This document shows positions 12,071-25,629 of a stretch of 64,000 bases of DNA, one piece after another. Origin of the DNA: Podarcis vaucheri (lineage: Eukaryota); NCBI GenBank assembly GCA_965113315.1, contig OZ220363.1; one strand, written 5' to 3'. The notes below the pieces were generated by a model. It saw nothing but the letters and a program-made list of their open reading frames with translations, was not told where the DNA came from and did not search any database. Each line of letters opens with the position of its first letter. The stretch's first letter is position 1. Made by a program: the position numbers and the translations under genes.

Positions 12071-12879
12071 GCTTACTCCCTGATCAGGAGTAAGTCTAGA
12101 TCAGCAAAGTCTAGTAAGTCACCCTTACAAAACTGAGATAAATCTGAGGCACAGTTTGTTTAGTTGCTGTAAGCTCTCTCCCACAGTAAGCTTATGTCAC
12201 TGATAACTTTTCTATGTTATCCCTGCATCTGCTTAAGAGTCCTATGGGCTGGAGATAAGAGGACTTACAGAAAGTATATAAAAGGGAACTGCCTAAACAT
12301 TTGTACAGCCCATCTTCCTGAGGACAGGTTATACAAGTTTAGGGACTGTGTGGCAGTCCTGATCACTTCTAAGGCTTGAAAGCTCCCCTGAGTGGCATCC
12401 TGCAGGCGAGTTCACACAACACCAGCATTTTCCAACCTGGCATTCTCCAGAGGCCCACCCTGTAGTAACTCACAGCAGGGCGGCTGTCCCTGTTGAGATA
12501 TGGCAGCAGGCACCCACGGCCTGCACTTCCTGGAAACTGAAGACACTTTTGTTTTGACAGCGAAATGAAAAGGTCTTTGCCAAGGTGTTCATTTTGTATT
12601 ATTTAAAAACCTATCTTCAATTGTTTTCTTACTGTTTTTTTAAAAAAACAGTTGCAGCTTTTTTATAGTGTTTGTAAATCACCTGGAAACATATGTAAAA
12701 GGCAATTCAATTTTTTTTTATTACTGTGAATAATTATTATTACTGTTAATAATAATGTTTTGTATCACAACTCCCATCATCCTTGACCATTGGCCATGGT
12801 AGCTGGGGCTGATGGAAGTTGTAGTCTAAAACATCAAGAGGACACCAGGTTGGAGTAGAGTGGACTACACAGTTACTTG

Positions 12880-13169
12880 GAAGAAGAAGAAGAAGAAGAA
12901 GAAGAAGAAGAAGAAGAAGAAGAAGAAGAAAGGGAGTTTGGATTTGATATCCCCCTTTATCACTACCTGAAGGAGTCTCAAAGCGGCTAACACTCTCCTT
13001 TCCTTTCCTCCCCCACAACAAACACTCTGTGAGGTGAGAGGGGCTGAGAGACTTCAAAGAAGTGTGACTGGCCGAAGGTCACCCAGCAGCTGCATGTGGA
13101 GGAGCGGGGAAGCGAACCCGGTTACCCAGATTACGAGACCACCGCTCTTAACCACTACACCACACTGGA
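12880..13169 (-). mobile_element. Squam3-type tRNA-derived SINE with (TTC)n tail, near full-length
   Basis: Minus strand CCAGTGTGGTGTAGTGGTTAAGAGCGG (A box), GGTTCGCTTCCC (B box), body ending GATATCAAATCCAAACTC and a TTC-repeat tail. Confidence 0.85.
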
Positions 13170-13245
13170 GTCTTAAGGGTTATTTTCTCTGAAACTTGCT
13201 GTAGTGCAGCGATTCAGAAGCAGTGTAGCTGAGGGAGACTTATTA

Positions 13246-13504
13246 CCATATTTTTCGCTCTATAAGATGCACCAGACCATAAGATGCACCTAGTTTTTGG
13301 AGGAGGAAAACAAGAAAAAAAATATTCTGAATCTCTGAAGCCAGAACAGCAAGAGGGATCGCTGCACAGTGAAAGCAGCAATCCCTCTTGCTGTTCTGGC
13401 TTCCGGGATAGCTGTGCAGCCTGCATTCACTCCATAAGACGCACACAGATTTCCCCTTACTTTTTAGGAGGGGAAAAGTGAGTATTATAGAGCAAAAAAT
13501 ACGG
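13246..13504. mobile_element. Tc1/mariner (pogo-like) MITE with TA TSD
   Basis: TA|CCATATTTTTCGCTCTATAA ... TTATAGAGCAAAAAATACGG|TA; internal palindrome 13337-13403. Confidence 0.85.
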
Positions 13505-14007
13505 TAAACACCTTTGCTCTCCCAGTGCCTTATACCTGCTGAGCTCTATGCTGAATATTAATGTTTGAATAAACCTTTACTGCCTTTTTCTGGTTTTTGC
13601 TGAGAGAATCGTAAAGAACCTTTCATACAAGAACATGGACTGTATGAAAAAATATGGAGAAAGCAGGCTGCAAAATGAGGTTTTATGTTTATACCAATCA
13701 AAGAAAGACATAACTTCTGAGTTTTTAGTAGTGAGATGGCATAAACATTATTGAATCCATCTCAGTGTGAAATTCTTCATCACATATAAACCTAAAGAGT
13801 AACAATTTAACACTGTTTATTTCAGTTCAAATATGAACACCCATAAAATTGGTTACCCTGGCCGTTTTTACTTAGAACAGTTCTTCCCATTAGTCGTCAC
13901 AAAGCCAACACAAACACCATAAGAGTAGAACAAAATGACAATAAGTAGGCTTGAGTAGCAATAATTTACATCAAGGTTAATTTAATTACAAGATTAATAG
14001 CTACATA

Positions 14008-14071
14008 GTGGGGGGTTGAACTAGATGATCCTTGGGTCCCTTCCAGCTCTAAGATTCTATGAGTCTATGAT
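14008..14071 (+). mobile_element. CR1 LINE 3' terminus
   Basis: GTTGAACTAGATGATCCTT..GGTCCCTTCCAGCTCT followed by ATTCTATG-type octamer repeats. Confidence 0.8.
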
Positions 14072-15809
14072 CTAACATTGTCCCTATATTTTAATTTCCA
14101 TGGATGGTAACTAGAACTTCTGAAAGACTCAACCCCTTAGTGATGCAAGATTGACTTAGATAGCTATACTTGTGGCTTTAGTGAGAAAGCGGCCCAAATA
14201 TGCATATAAGCAGTGAAGTCTGATCCATTAGGGCACTGCCCCACCAACCTCAGTCTGCCCTCAGCCAGCCCCCACATGCCTGCTTTCTTTCTTACAACCA
14301 TTTCATGGGGTGGCCCAACAGGAAGGAGGGGGACAAAACTAGAATTCGTTGGCTCTGCTTAGCATTGGCTCCGGCTCCACCTACTACTGACATCTCAGAT
14401 TTCTGCTCTAACAGTCCCAAGGGGCACCAGCCATCACTGCATATGGCATATAAACTGTACATATATAAGGTGCACCATCCATTTGGGAACCCTGACTAGC
14501 CAGAGTTCATGAACTGGTGAAGGAGCTGTATATATGTATGGCCCTTTTTTCACCAATGCCAAACGCTTGGCTGCCAGGGGTCATGGCCAGCAGGTGCCTC
14601 AGAAATGGAGGGGCTGTCCAGCAGGCATGACTCCATTGTTCCTATCCTGCATTCGCTGAACATGTGAGGGGATTTTGTAAAGACCTCTCCTGACAAACAC
14701 CATTCCTACACTAAGCTGCTCTGTTGTCTGTGCGCAAAAGGATTCCAGATTCTTTGGATGTTCTGAAAAATACCCCCTTAGAGACGAGATTGGGGTGGGG
14801 TAGAGGATGCAGCAATGGGGAAAAAGTGGGAATGGTGAAATTCAATAATTTCAGTATTAAATATGCACCTCAAGCACCACTGATTCTCCTGACTAGATTA
14901 CTGGCTACCCATGGAGCACTCAAATCTACAAATGTCAAGACTAACTTTCTCTACATTGTGCATTCTTTATTATTATAATCCGGCCACATCTGAGCATTGT
15001 ACTGCACTTTCTAGCAAAAGGTAACCTTTATATAACATGGCAGCATCTAAGTGGCTACGGCTTACATGAATTAATTTGCGAGTCATTCGTTTACCGATTT
15101 TATATTTCTTCATTTTGTGACATCAGAATAGATGGACATTGTTAATTTAATAATCATTTTAGGAGATTCCCCTTTTCCTTCTGAGGAGCCATAGGATGAC
15201 AGCTCATTCACTCAGCAGAGTCAAATAGTGACTAAGAGGACAGCCATTCTCAACAAAATGCAAGATGTCTAAGAGAACTTTAACTGTCTTTCTGTTATAA
15301 TCTCAAATAAAATATTGGGTGGCGGGAGAGACGAGACCTTCAACAGCAGCAGTTGTAGTCATAGCACCAAGAATTAAGAATATATGCAGTAGCTAACAGT
15401 GATTTCTCTCTCTCTCTCCGTTATTCAGACACAGGTATAATGTTACTATTTTGCCTTTGATGTTAAATTGAATAAAAACTCTTCCCTTGATCTTAACTGG
15501 ATTTGGTAAAAGAATGTTGCTATAGAGGTCTTGTTTACACAGCCATGGAATCTGGAGTTGTTTCAAGAGTTTGATTTAGTCTTGTTATTCCAACTAAAAT
15601 ACATCCCCTTTGACTGATTCATACCAACTTAAGTTTTTAACTCTGATTCCCAGCAACAATCCCTAGGGCTGCAGCCATCATTAACAGGAAGGAGGAAGTG
15701 TTCTGTTCACCACCAAAAGTTGTGAATGATCAGCCTGCTATTCCTTTAAGATGAAACCTACAAATAACTACCCTAAAAGAGGGCAAAGTAGACCTATTCA
15801 CATGCTGAA

Positions 15810-16030
15810 AGAGCCAGTGTGGTATAGTGGTTAGAGTGCTGCACTAGGACCTGGGAGATCAGGGTTAAAAACGTTACTTAGCAATGAAGGTTACTGGATG
15901 ACCTTGAGCCAGTCATTATCTCTCAGCCTACCCAGCCTCAAAGGGTTGTTGTGAGGATAAAAATAGAGCAGAGGAGGACCTTGTAGGTCACCTTGAGTCC
16001 CTTGGAGGAAAGGTGAGATATAAATATAAT
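15810..16030 (+). mobile_element. Squam3-like SINE (older subfamily)
   Basis: GAGCCAGTGTGGTATAGTGGTTAGAGTG head; GACCTTGAGCCAGTCA..TCTCTCAGCCTA..GGGTTGTTGTGAGGATAA; GATATAAAT tail. Confidence 0.8.
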
Positions 16031-16706
16031 ACTCAGATGTTCCAAAAAGCAAGGGTATACAAGACAGTTTGTGGATATCTGACAATATGGAGAGGAAAAG
16101 GGGAAAACAATGCCAACATTTAGGGATGGGTTTTATATATATCTTTAAAGCAAAACACCTGAGCCAGTTTTGGAGACAACATATCCAGTATGAACAACGA
16201 ACTGCTTTTGCATTCACCAACTACAAAGCAATTCCATTAAAAAAAAAATCAGTTCTAAATACACAAGGATTTGGCTTGGTACACCCTTATTAAAACCATT
16301 TTTCCACCTCTTGGCTTTTATTACTTAAGATACTTTTGTATGCACTGTATGAGGAATACCACCCTCATGATGACCCAAGTACGCCTAAAATTTCTGCTCA
16401 TGTGGCTCCATAACAATGAGTTTATATAATGCAGAAATTGGGAAATTTGCTGCTTGTGTATCATAAAAACATGATATCAAGAAGATTCACCTAGGCAGAA
16501 GGCTTATCATGATCACTGCAGGAGGTGACCTCAACCACCCATACCAATATGTAAATGGAGGACCAGATTTTCATTATTGATGCTGCTGCCCTCTTTCTGT
16601 ATGCCCCTAGCTTCAGTCACAATAAAGACAATCATCTTCGGAACCAGCTACTTTCTAAAGTACCTGTTCAAATGCAGCCGAAAGGAAACAAAGCAGAACA
16701 ACTTAC

Positions 16707-16778
16707 TCTCTGTTGCAAGCATAGGAGAGAGTGAACTCTTTGGCTTTTTGCTCTTCTTTCCAGTTGGCTTTGAAGACT
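16707..16778 (-). CDS. MYLK: MYLK coding exon (~exon 20), Lys/Pro/Ser linker
   Basis: 72 nt, phase 1-1, TTCCCTCTGCTTATAG| ... GAGA|GTAAGT; ESSKPTGKKSKKPKSSLSPMLATE resembles recalled human KSRRPKSSLPPVLGTE. Confidence 0.9.
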
Positions 16779-18379
16779 CTATAAGCAGAGGGAAAGAAAA
16801 GGGACAGTTAACAATTAAAAAAACAACAAGCATTTAGAACTAAAGAGCAATGATTGCAAGAGAAACTGACCTCTCATTCTTTTAATTTGATTCTGATTGA
16901 GGTGGAAAGCAGATGGAAATTGTTAGCTTTTGCGATGTTTAAACAAGACTTAATTGCACATAGTGGTTTGGAAAGGCCACATTCTGAATAAAAATAGCTA
17001 TATCTGCTGTCCAATAGATGTTCTGCTCAAAACTCCATAAAACATCAATGGCTAATCTTAACAATTTAGTAGGATGCAACTTTCTACTCTGATTAAGCCC
17101 CGACTAGAGGGCTAGAGGGCTCCATGGTTTAAAAACACAGGGATCGACCAAAGAGGGTTTAGAGTGAAGGGATAAAATAAGATCACTATGCTGAAGTTGA
17201 AAGATTAATCAAATCTCAGTTCAAAAATATGGCAAGGCTAGGTAGCAGGCTGTTACAATAAAGATAGAAACCAAGCCTGGGAACAGACAGTAGTGTTTCC
17301 AGAAAGTTAAATATAGTCTGAAAGAGATATTACTGCGCATGGAATGTACACTCAGTTGGTAAACAAAATCTGTAAGCTTTTGTATCATTTAAAAAACTTC
17401 TTAACCAGGAACAGCAATGGGGCAAACAAAATGTGCACCAAGTTAAGACAACATATTATAGAAAAGCATGTGTGTTTGACTGGTAAACCTCCTATAGGAA
17501 TCACACACATTTGTAAGCTTGTAAATGGTCACCTCCCTGGTTGCCTCTAGAGCATAAACAGTAACTCCAAGTAACCAGGCAAACAAGTCTTACAAAAAAC
17601 ATGTTTCTCTGAAAGAGCCAATGCCATTCAATGAGGACAATACTGAACTAGATGGACTAATGGTATGAGAATTTCTGCTACCTGCAAAATTTCATAATAT
17701 TGGTTAGATACAGAAATGCAGAGATTCTTGCCTTTGTGAAGATGAATGATGCCCTATATACTTCCAGAAAGTCTTCACAACAACCCAATGGCCTTTTAAT
17801 AAACTGAAGAAAATGGAACAATAAAAGCGACCCAGGCACTATCCTGGTATCACTGTGAGCAGAGTTTATTGCCTTTCTCAAGTTTCTTTAGACAGCTGAT
17901 GTAAAATACACATTCAAAGAAGGGTGTTTAAGTAGCTGAAGGAGCTGATTTGTTCTAATGATGTGTCTGCCTTATTTGGACTTTAAGGATTTGGAAGCCC
18001 ATTTTTCTACAGCCAGGATCTTGTCTAATGCCCTTGGCCAAGATTTCATCTTCTTGGCAATTATCTGCAAATGGCTGAACGGCTACATAATAGGGAGACA
18101 AGTCTCGGCAAGAGAACACAGTAGAGCAAGCCCAGAAGTACTTAATTCCCCTGATGTTGAACCGGACACCAACAAGTGACATACCACCAATGCCTTGGAA
18201 TTCAGCACATAACTGCTCACTGTCCCATAACAAAAAAAGAAGGGACTGCCAGAATTTATGATAAAGCAACAGATGAAATTTTGAGTGAAGCAACTCCAAG
18301 CCTATGAATCAGAGAATCAATTCTGTCTTAATAACATAAGAAGAGCCTGCTGGATCAGGCCAATGGCAGTCACAGCAGT

Positions 18380-18598
18380 TAAAGTGTAAGATAAGGATTG
18401 TGGAGGCAAAGGCCCAAATCCTCATTCAGCCATGAAGCTCACTGGGCCCGTCATATAATCTCTCTATACCTAACCACAAGGTTGTTATGAGAATAAAGAG
18501 GGAGGCGGGGGAAATTACCAAATATACTGCCCTGAGCAACATGAACAAAGGGTGGGACCTAAATGTAATAAGAGTAATGAAGTGAATAAATAAATAAA
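18380..18598 (+). mobile_element. Squam3-like SINE, degenerate
   Basis: CAGCCATGAAGCTCACTGGG, GGTTGTTATGAGAATAAA, GCCCTGAGC and an AATA tail. Confidence 0.55.
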
Positions 18599-18636
18599 GG
18601 GCTTAGAGAATCTGGGTTTGCCCACATATCATTTTA

Positions 18637-18869
18637 CAGTGGTACCTCAGGTTACAAACACCTCGGGCTACAAACACTTCGGGTTACAGACTCCGGTAAC
18701 CCGGAAGTAGTACCTCAGGTTAAGAACTTTGCTTCAGGATGAGAACAGAAATAGTGCGGTGGTGGCGCAGCGGCAGCGGGAGGCCCCATTAGAACCACAG
18801 GTTAAGAACGGTTTCAGGTTAAGAACGGACCTCCGGAATGAATTAAGTTCATAACCAGAGGTAACACTG
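18637..18869. mobile_element. Tigger/pogo-like MITE with TA TSD
   Basis: TA|CAGTGGTACCTC ... GAGGTAACACTG|TA; internal repeated CAGGTTAAGAAC. Confidence 0.85.
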
Positions 18870-19494
18870 TATGAGGAACATATGTTCTGTTTTAAGCTCA
18901 GGTGACCCCCAGAAGCCACGTCTGCTTCAAGACAAGTCTTTGCTGTTTGCTTTCTTGCATAGTGAAAGTGAGTGTTAGCACAGGCTGTTGACTGCAATGT
19001 GGTAGATACAACAACAGCATGGAGCTCTTTCTGCTACCATCTTTGGTAAAAATTTCACCATGGTTTCCATTTGGCGATAAGAGTACCAGAACAAGAGCAA
19101 GTTAAATATTACTTTTATTTATTTAATTTTGCCTCAAAAGCACACACCATTGCTTACAAGGCAGCTTTTTAGATATGGTTTCAAAATGCCACAGAAACTA
19201 TCATAGGTGAACTTAAATGTATGCAGAGAGGATTTTAAGGTCAAGTCAGACGCACAGTTTTGGCAGCCTGAATGTGGAGCTGACACACAATGGTGTGGAC
19301 ACAGTGCTGAGCTCCATGTGGCTCATTCACTGTTTGTTTTAGATATTAAAAATTGTAAGATTTTCATGGAAGGAGTGTAAAAGAGAAAGAAGCAGAAAAA
19401 GCCACCTTTTCATGGTTTTGCAAATCAGAATCGGATTAAACAGGGTGAGGATAGCAGAAATTGAGGTGGGATAAGGAGGGGAAAGTCTACTTAC

Positions 19495-19611
19495 CTTCCA
19501 CCGACACGTTGCAAGCACACTCTGATTTTCCTGCCGTATTCTCAGCTATACATTTGTACTGGCCCTCATCTTCTGGGAAGGCCTTGTCAATGGTTAGTGA
19601 GCACAGTGATC
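19495..19611 (-). CDS. MYLK: MYLK coding exon (~exon 19), Ig domain C-half
   Basis: 117 nt, CATTAG| ... GAAG|GTAAGT; GSLCSLTIDKAFPEDEGQYKCIAENTAGKSECACNVSVE. Confidence 0.95.
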
Positions 19612-20034
19612 CTAATGGGCAGGAAATAGAGGTTAGGAGGGGCCACCGAGCATTGTTTACGACAAAAGCACAGCACTGTTTGTTTCTGGTAAATTGTTAT
19701 TTATTATTCAGATAATAAAACCCCACAATCAGTGTAGCGAATACCAGATACATTTGTAGGAAAAAAATGACAATTAATAAATTATTTGCAATATGTAAAG
19801 ACAAAAGTGAATAAAGTCTTTTTTTCCAGCTATGTAGGTCCTTTGAAATATGCCTATGGAAATACAGCCCTGTTAACATTACAACTTTATTTAGTGTTAC
19901 ACTAACTGAAATAATACAGAGGAATATCTCTTAAGACTTATCTTGGTACATTCCATATTCATAGGCAAAGCAGTCTTAAGATAAATATTTTCTTCCTTCC
20001 TCAGCCCACATCCAGATGTATTGTTATGCAGGGC

Positions 20035-20330
20035 GGCAAAGGGCCATGGCTCTCTGGCAGGGCATATGCAAGCAAAAGGTTCCTGATTCAATCCACAACA
20101 CCTCAAGACAGAGCTTGAAAAAGATTTCCGTCCGAAACTCTGGAAAACTACTGCCAGTTATTTCAACCTTAAGTCACCAGATGTTGGATTACAGATCTCA
20201 CCATCCCCAGTCAATGGTCAAGGAGTTGCAAGCAAAGAACGTCTGGGGACCCAAGGTTGAAGAAAAGTGGCGTGGACAACACTGAGCAACACAGAAGGCT
20301 CCTACTCAGTGTAAGGTAGCTTCCTATGCT
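20035..20330 (+). mobile_element. tRNA-derived SINE with a nested decayed hAT MITE (~20158-20272)
   Basis: SINE head GGGCCATGGCTCTCTGGCAGGGCAT..; body breaks at CTGCCAGT, insert TTTCAACCTT..CCAGATGTT..AAGGTTGAAGAAA, SINE resumes GGACAACACTGAGC..TAAGGTAGCTTCCTATG. Confidence 0.6.
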
Positions 20331-23300
20331 GGAAATTCCCACATTCTAGTGCTTCTCCTTACAACAGTTCTGTGAACACAGAAAAAGTTCATATATCATG
20401 AAAAAGGATTCTTGCTAATTGCCTCCCAATATGGGTGAGCACTGAAACGTGTGGTCCCACTAGCTCTCTGATTTGGTCCACTTCAGGAAGAGCATCAACA
20501 CATTAGCCTCCTGGTTGTGAAGCAAGAATCTTTAGTGGCATTTTTGCCCTCCAGCACAGTCACGCATATTCAGCAATGTGTTTATTTCTCAAAATCTTAG
20601 CTACTCTATTTTCATGAGAGGAACAGGCACTTGTACAGAACAGACAAAGAAAGCAGGTTAAAACCTGATGCCTTTCAAGTTTGCCCCTAAAGGTGCTTTA
20701 ACAAAAAAAAAAATCATTGAGAAAATGAAGTGGGAATATCACAGCGTGATGACTTCTTCAGTACCTTGAAAACTGTTGCGTGAACTGGGATTCCAACATA
20801 CCAGGAGACATGGAGAAGGTTGATGAGATAATTTGCGAATCAAGTAATAGTGTGGTGTGTGTGGTGTGCAGTATCCAACTAATGAGTCCAACCACCACAA
20901 GATTTTACACTTGTGCAATGCAACTCTCCCACCTCCTCCCACTTCTGTGCATGCCCTCCTCAAATCTGCTCTGTGGGGTTGGGGGACAGATTTAAAGGTC
21001 ACACAGATTTAAGGGTCTCACAGGGAAGGGGAAGAGAAAGTAGGGATTTTCTGTTGTGCAAGTGGAAATCCTTGTGCCAGTTGGATGCTTTAGTGGGATA
21101 CCTTTGAAAGTCCCAACAATACTCCAGAAGTTGCAAACATCACTGTAGCAGTGATAATTGCATCAAACTGAAAACCAGCCACATGGTGAGGTTGCTTGTT
21201 AATAGCACCATGTTAGTTCCTATATATTGAATGCTTCAAGCATAAGATACATACAGGCATATGATGTTTAATATGTTTTTAGGAGGTTAATCAAGGCTAT
21301 ACTCTCTGTCACCTTGCCAAGCTATGTTCTCTGCCACCTTGCCAAGCGATTTTACAATCCACAATAAAATGAACTGTACTCAAAGAAGTGTTGATGAGAC
21401 CAAAACAATCACCTAAGTCTAATTTACATAAACCAAAGTGTTAGCAGAAAAACTACAGAACTTCACAGACGTTTTCTGCAAACAAAGACCAGTCTCACTT
21501 GTGACATGTATCTTAAGTTCTGTACAGAAATCGAAAGTGACTTCATTCAGCCACTTTCCCTGAGGTTGGGGGTTCATATGTATATTTTATGTACTACTAT
21601 TGTCTTAAGTCAAACAGCAATGGCAAAAAAATGTTCAACCAGAAGCCACAATGGAACCAAAACAATTAAGACATGTGGCGGTGGGCCATCATCTACCTTC
21701 TCTGAACAAATGTTGTCTGTAATCAGTCATAGAACAAAATATACTTTTTAAAAGCTTAGACATTTTGGGTATGGTGTCAAATGCCAGGGTAAAGAGGTAC
21801 ATCTTCAGCATATAACAAAAACTACATAATGAAGATGCCACACACACCTCTGTAGTGAGTGAATTTCAGAACTGTATGGCTGTACTGTTCATATTTTAAG
21901 AATGAAGCCATTTTTATTCTTTAAAATGACTCTATTGTTTCAGATAGTATTTATTTAAGAACATTAGAGGTCCAGAAGAACAATAAACTGTGGTAGAGAC
22001 TGGTATATTACTCCTTTCCGCTTTACACATAATGGTTCAATCCTATTCCCAATCCCATTTTGTCTATGCACTGAAACTCTATGCTCCTTCTTCTCAAGTC
22101 ATGACCTCCAAAGCAGGGATAGAAAACCTTTTATTGAACTACAGCTTCCTTCATCAAACCCAACAGTCCCATGCTGGCTGGGCCTGTTGGGAGATGGAGT
22201 CCAACAACCTCTGCAGGGCCCTAGCTTCCTCACTCCTTGCTCTAGAACAATTGTTTTTTGTCACAACACACCTACCACCAATTTATGAACTTTAAAGGCT
22301 AATGAAGCCAAGAGAGTGTTGATTGTACGCCACAGTGCTGATGATGAGGTAGAATGTTATCTTTGGGCATGTGTTTGAAATATGTCTTGAATCATGCACA
22401 AGTATTCCTCTTAACTAGATATACAAACAAAAAGCAAGTCAGATATATTTACTAGAGACATGAAACTTTCCAAAGAGGGTTTTGCTTTCTGTGACTTAGG
22501 CAACTGCTTCATTCCCTGAGATGGGAGGCCAAATGTCTCTCAATGAAGCATTTGGTATTTCCTCTACAAAAGCCTCCACTAACCTCCAGAGATGAGATTC
22601 TTTTCTCATAGTTCTGAGGAAGGCTCTGTCTGGTGACTTCCATTGGGAATTCTGAATTTTTGGCACCTTACAAAATGAAATCCCAGGAGGGAAAATAACA
22701 AGATCACTGTAAATGTTGACCTCTCCCCGCCCCCAAACTGTTTATATAGCTGTCAGCCAACTGTGTGTCATAAAGTTTACATGTCTATGTGAAGAAAGCA
22801 CTGCAATGCATAGAGTTAGCTACACTAGTGTATTAGACACAAAAACGTGTTAAAAATGCCTATAATTGGAAACTTGTTGGAATATCCATGGCAATACTGT
22901 GGGAAGGATCCAATTGTCTGGAGAGTTCAGAGGCTTAAACAATTTAAGACACTCTCCCTGGAATTTGGGGCTTATGTGGAGATGTTTGGTTTAACCAAAA
23001 TAGCACAAACTTGGCAAAATATTTATGGTTCTTGCCGGCATGATAGCCAGTGAACTTCAAAACAAATATGCAGAGCCTCAAAACAAGGATAGCTCTTATA
23101 TTTTACTTTCCTATCTTTGTCAGCAAAACATATTTCCCTCTGTTCCAGCTGCAATAACTCAGTTCGTGTACCCTGAGCAGTTTTTAAAAGGCAGCGGATG
23201 CCAAAAAGGATGCTGAAATCTGGAAGTCAATTAAGTCTGGGGCGAAGAAGTAAACAACTTTGTGGATTTCAGCTTAGCCATCTTTACTGCTTTAGGGCCA

Positions 23301-23845
23301 GTTTACACTTTATTGCTGAAACATGCCCATGTTAAAATGTAGCATGCATTAATTTCTACCTTGTAACATAGGGTTCAGCTGCATACCGTTGTGTTAACAT
23401 GTACACTCTGAGACCAGAACTAGGGTGAATCCCTCTGTTATGAGGATGAATCTTCATAATGGACACATGATGAAAAAAGTATATTTATTACTGGTAGGGG
23501 TGCCAGATCCAGATTGCAACAACAGATAAAACATGTTGAGTTTGAAACGCAACAGTTAGGTGGAAGCTGAAGTAACCATAGGTTCTTCCTCTTTTTCCTC
23601 TACTGATGTTTTCATCCATCCTTCTTTCTTGCCTGCAGTAGGGAAAACATGGAGTCTTGCTCGGTGCCAGAGACAGGCAGATGAAAGGTCAGAAGAAGAA
23701 CAAGTAGCAGCAACTATGGCTACCCCAGTTTCTACCTTAATGGTGCATCTGGAAAAGGTTAAGTGCATGTTCTCCAGATTGAACCCTAGCAGTCATTATA
23801 GGGGACACAGTTTATATTTATTCCATGAACTCATTTCTATTATAT

Positions 23846-23982
23846 CAGGCATCCCCAAACATCGGCCCTCCAGATGTTTTGGGACCACAACTCCCATCAT
23901 CCCTAGCTAACAGGACCAGTGGTCAGGGATGATTGAAATTGTAGTCCCAAAAAATCTGGAGGGCCGAGTTTGGGGATGCCTG
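23846..23982. mobile_element. Palindromic hAT MITE (~137 bp)
   Basis: TIR CAGGCATCCCCAAAC / GTTTGGGGATGCCTG; TSD TATTATAT / TACTATAT (1 mismatch). Confidence 0.9.
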
Positions 23983-25336
23983 TACTATATCATAGGAAGC
24001 ATTCCCAAAAGCAGCTTCTCAACAAGAAGTATTCCTAAATCTATCCACCCACTTAAGGTTTGGGGGCAGGTGTATTATCCTTCTGCTGATTTCCCAAGTA
24101 CTTAAGATCAAGGAGAATAACATCTGCTCAGGAAAATTGAGAACATCAAAGAAATGAAGGGGGGGAAACCAAGGTTGCACAGAAACCTCTCCTACTAAGA
24201 AATCATGGAAATGTAAGCAGAATTATTAGAATGAATTGTATACAATCACAACAGCCAGCCAATGTTTCAAAGTAATCACTTGCATATCAAAATGTGTAGC
24301 AGTGCTATAACAATATCATTATCTTCAATAAAACAGCTATGGCACTTTCCACTAAATCAATCCATCAAGAGTGTAGCATTTATAGTCCACCTATGCTGTA
24401 TACACAGGTCCAACAAGGCACCGGACTCCACCTCCCATCAGCCACAGCCAGCACGGCCAGTAACAAGGGGTAATGGGATTTGTATTCCAACAACACCTGG
24501 AAGGCACTAGGTTGGCCACCTCAGGTTAGATTAATGCGTAATTGTTGCCTGTTAAAATTTGTGCTATCATCTGCTCAGCCAACTATGATTTCTTTAACCA
24601 TATATGTTAGTGGAGTAATCAATTAATTGGCCAACTAATCCCACTGTTACAAAGCAGTCTTAATTAGAACCAATAAAAAATAAAAAATGAAAGGTTGGAA
24701 TGAAAGCATCAACGACAAGCCTAAAGCCTGATTCTGAAGAATATTTTTCTACAGAAGACATTGGGCACAAAGAATACACTCACAGCTCCAAAATAGCTCT
24801 GTAAGAATTAAATCCATTAAGGTGAGTTAACTCCAAGCAGCATTAACTACTGCACCAACCTTTTTTTTAGCAGAGGACGAACAGGCAGATTATCTTCAAA
24901 GATTATTAAAAGTTGCTCTTAGATTGACTAAAACAATAGCTGTACAAGGCACAAAGACTAATAAGGCTTCCCTTTCACCTCACCAAATTCCAGGATAAGC
25001 AAGTGGGCATGGATACAGTGATGCAAGATAGTGAGCCTACAGTTGTGTTTGGATCATGATAGTACTATGTGCTTTATGTTATGATTAATCACAGTAGTTT
25101 ATTATAAAAAGGGTGCGTAAGAGAATGTGTGAGTGTGATGTATATATTGCCATGTGCAAGGATTCCCTGGTCACTAGAGGTAGGATGAGTGAATCTGCCC
25201 ATTTTGATTTCCTTCAGTTTCTGTTTTTTCCAGTCTTGTATTCCAATCTCCACATTTCCGAATTAGTTTGTGAATTATTTTAAAGAAGTCCTCATCAGCA
25301 AAATTCACCAGCATTTTAGTATAGATTTCTCTATAC

Positions 25337-25564
25337 CATGGGTAGGCAAACTAAGGCCCGGGGGCCGGATCCGGCCCAACTGCCTTCTAAATCCGACCCA
25401 TGGGTGGTCTGGGAATCAGCATGTTTTTACATTAGTAGAATGTGTGCTTTTATTTAAAATGCATCTCTGGGTTATTTGTGGGGCACAGGAATACGTTCAT
25501 TAAAAAAAAAATAGTCTGTGGGATAATGGACTGCCCCCCTGCTGAAAAAGTTTGCTGACCCCTG
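25337..25564 (-). mobile_element. Non-autonomous hAT element, same family as 11747 in opposite orientation
   Basis: CATGGGTAGGCAAAC ... TTTGCTGACCCCTG; shares TTTATTTAAAATGCATCTCTGGGTTATTTGTGGGGCA (reverse complement of copy 1); degenerate TSD CTCTATAC / CACTGTAC. Confidence 0.85.
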
Positions 25565-25569
25565 CACTG

Positions 25570-25629
25570 TACTATACTACACTACACTACACTACACTAC
25601 ACTACACTACACTACACTACACTACACTG
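25570..25629. repeat. (ACACT)n microsatellite
   Basis: About 11 pentamer units directly after the hAT TIR. Confidence 0.92.
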
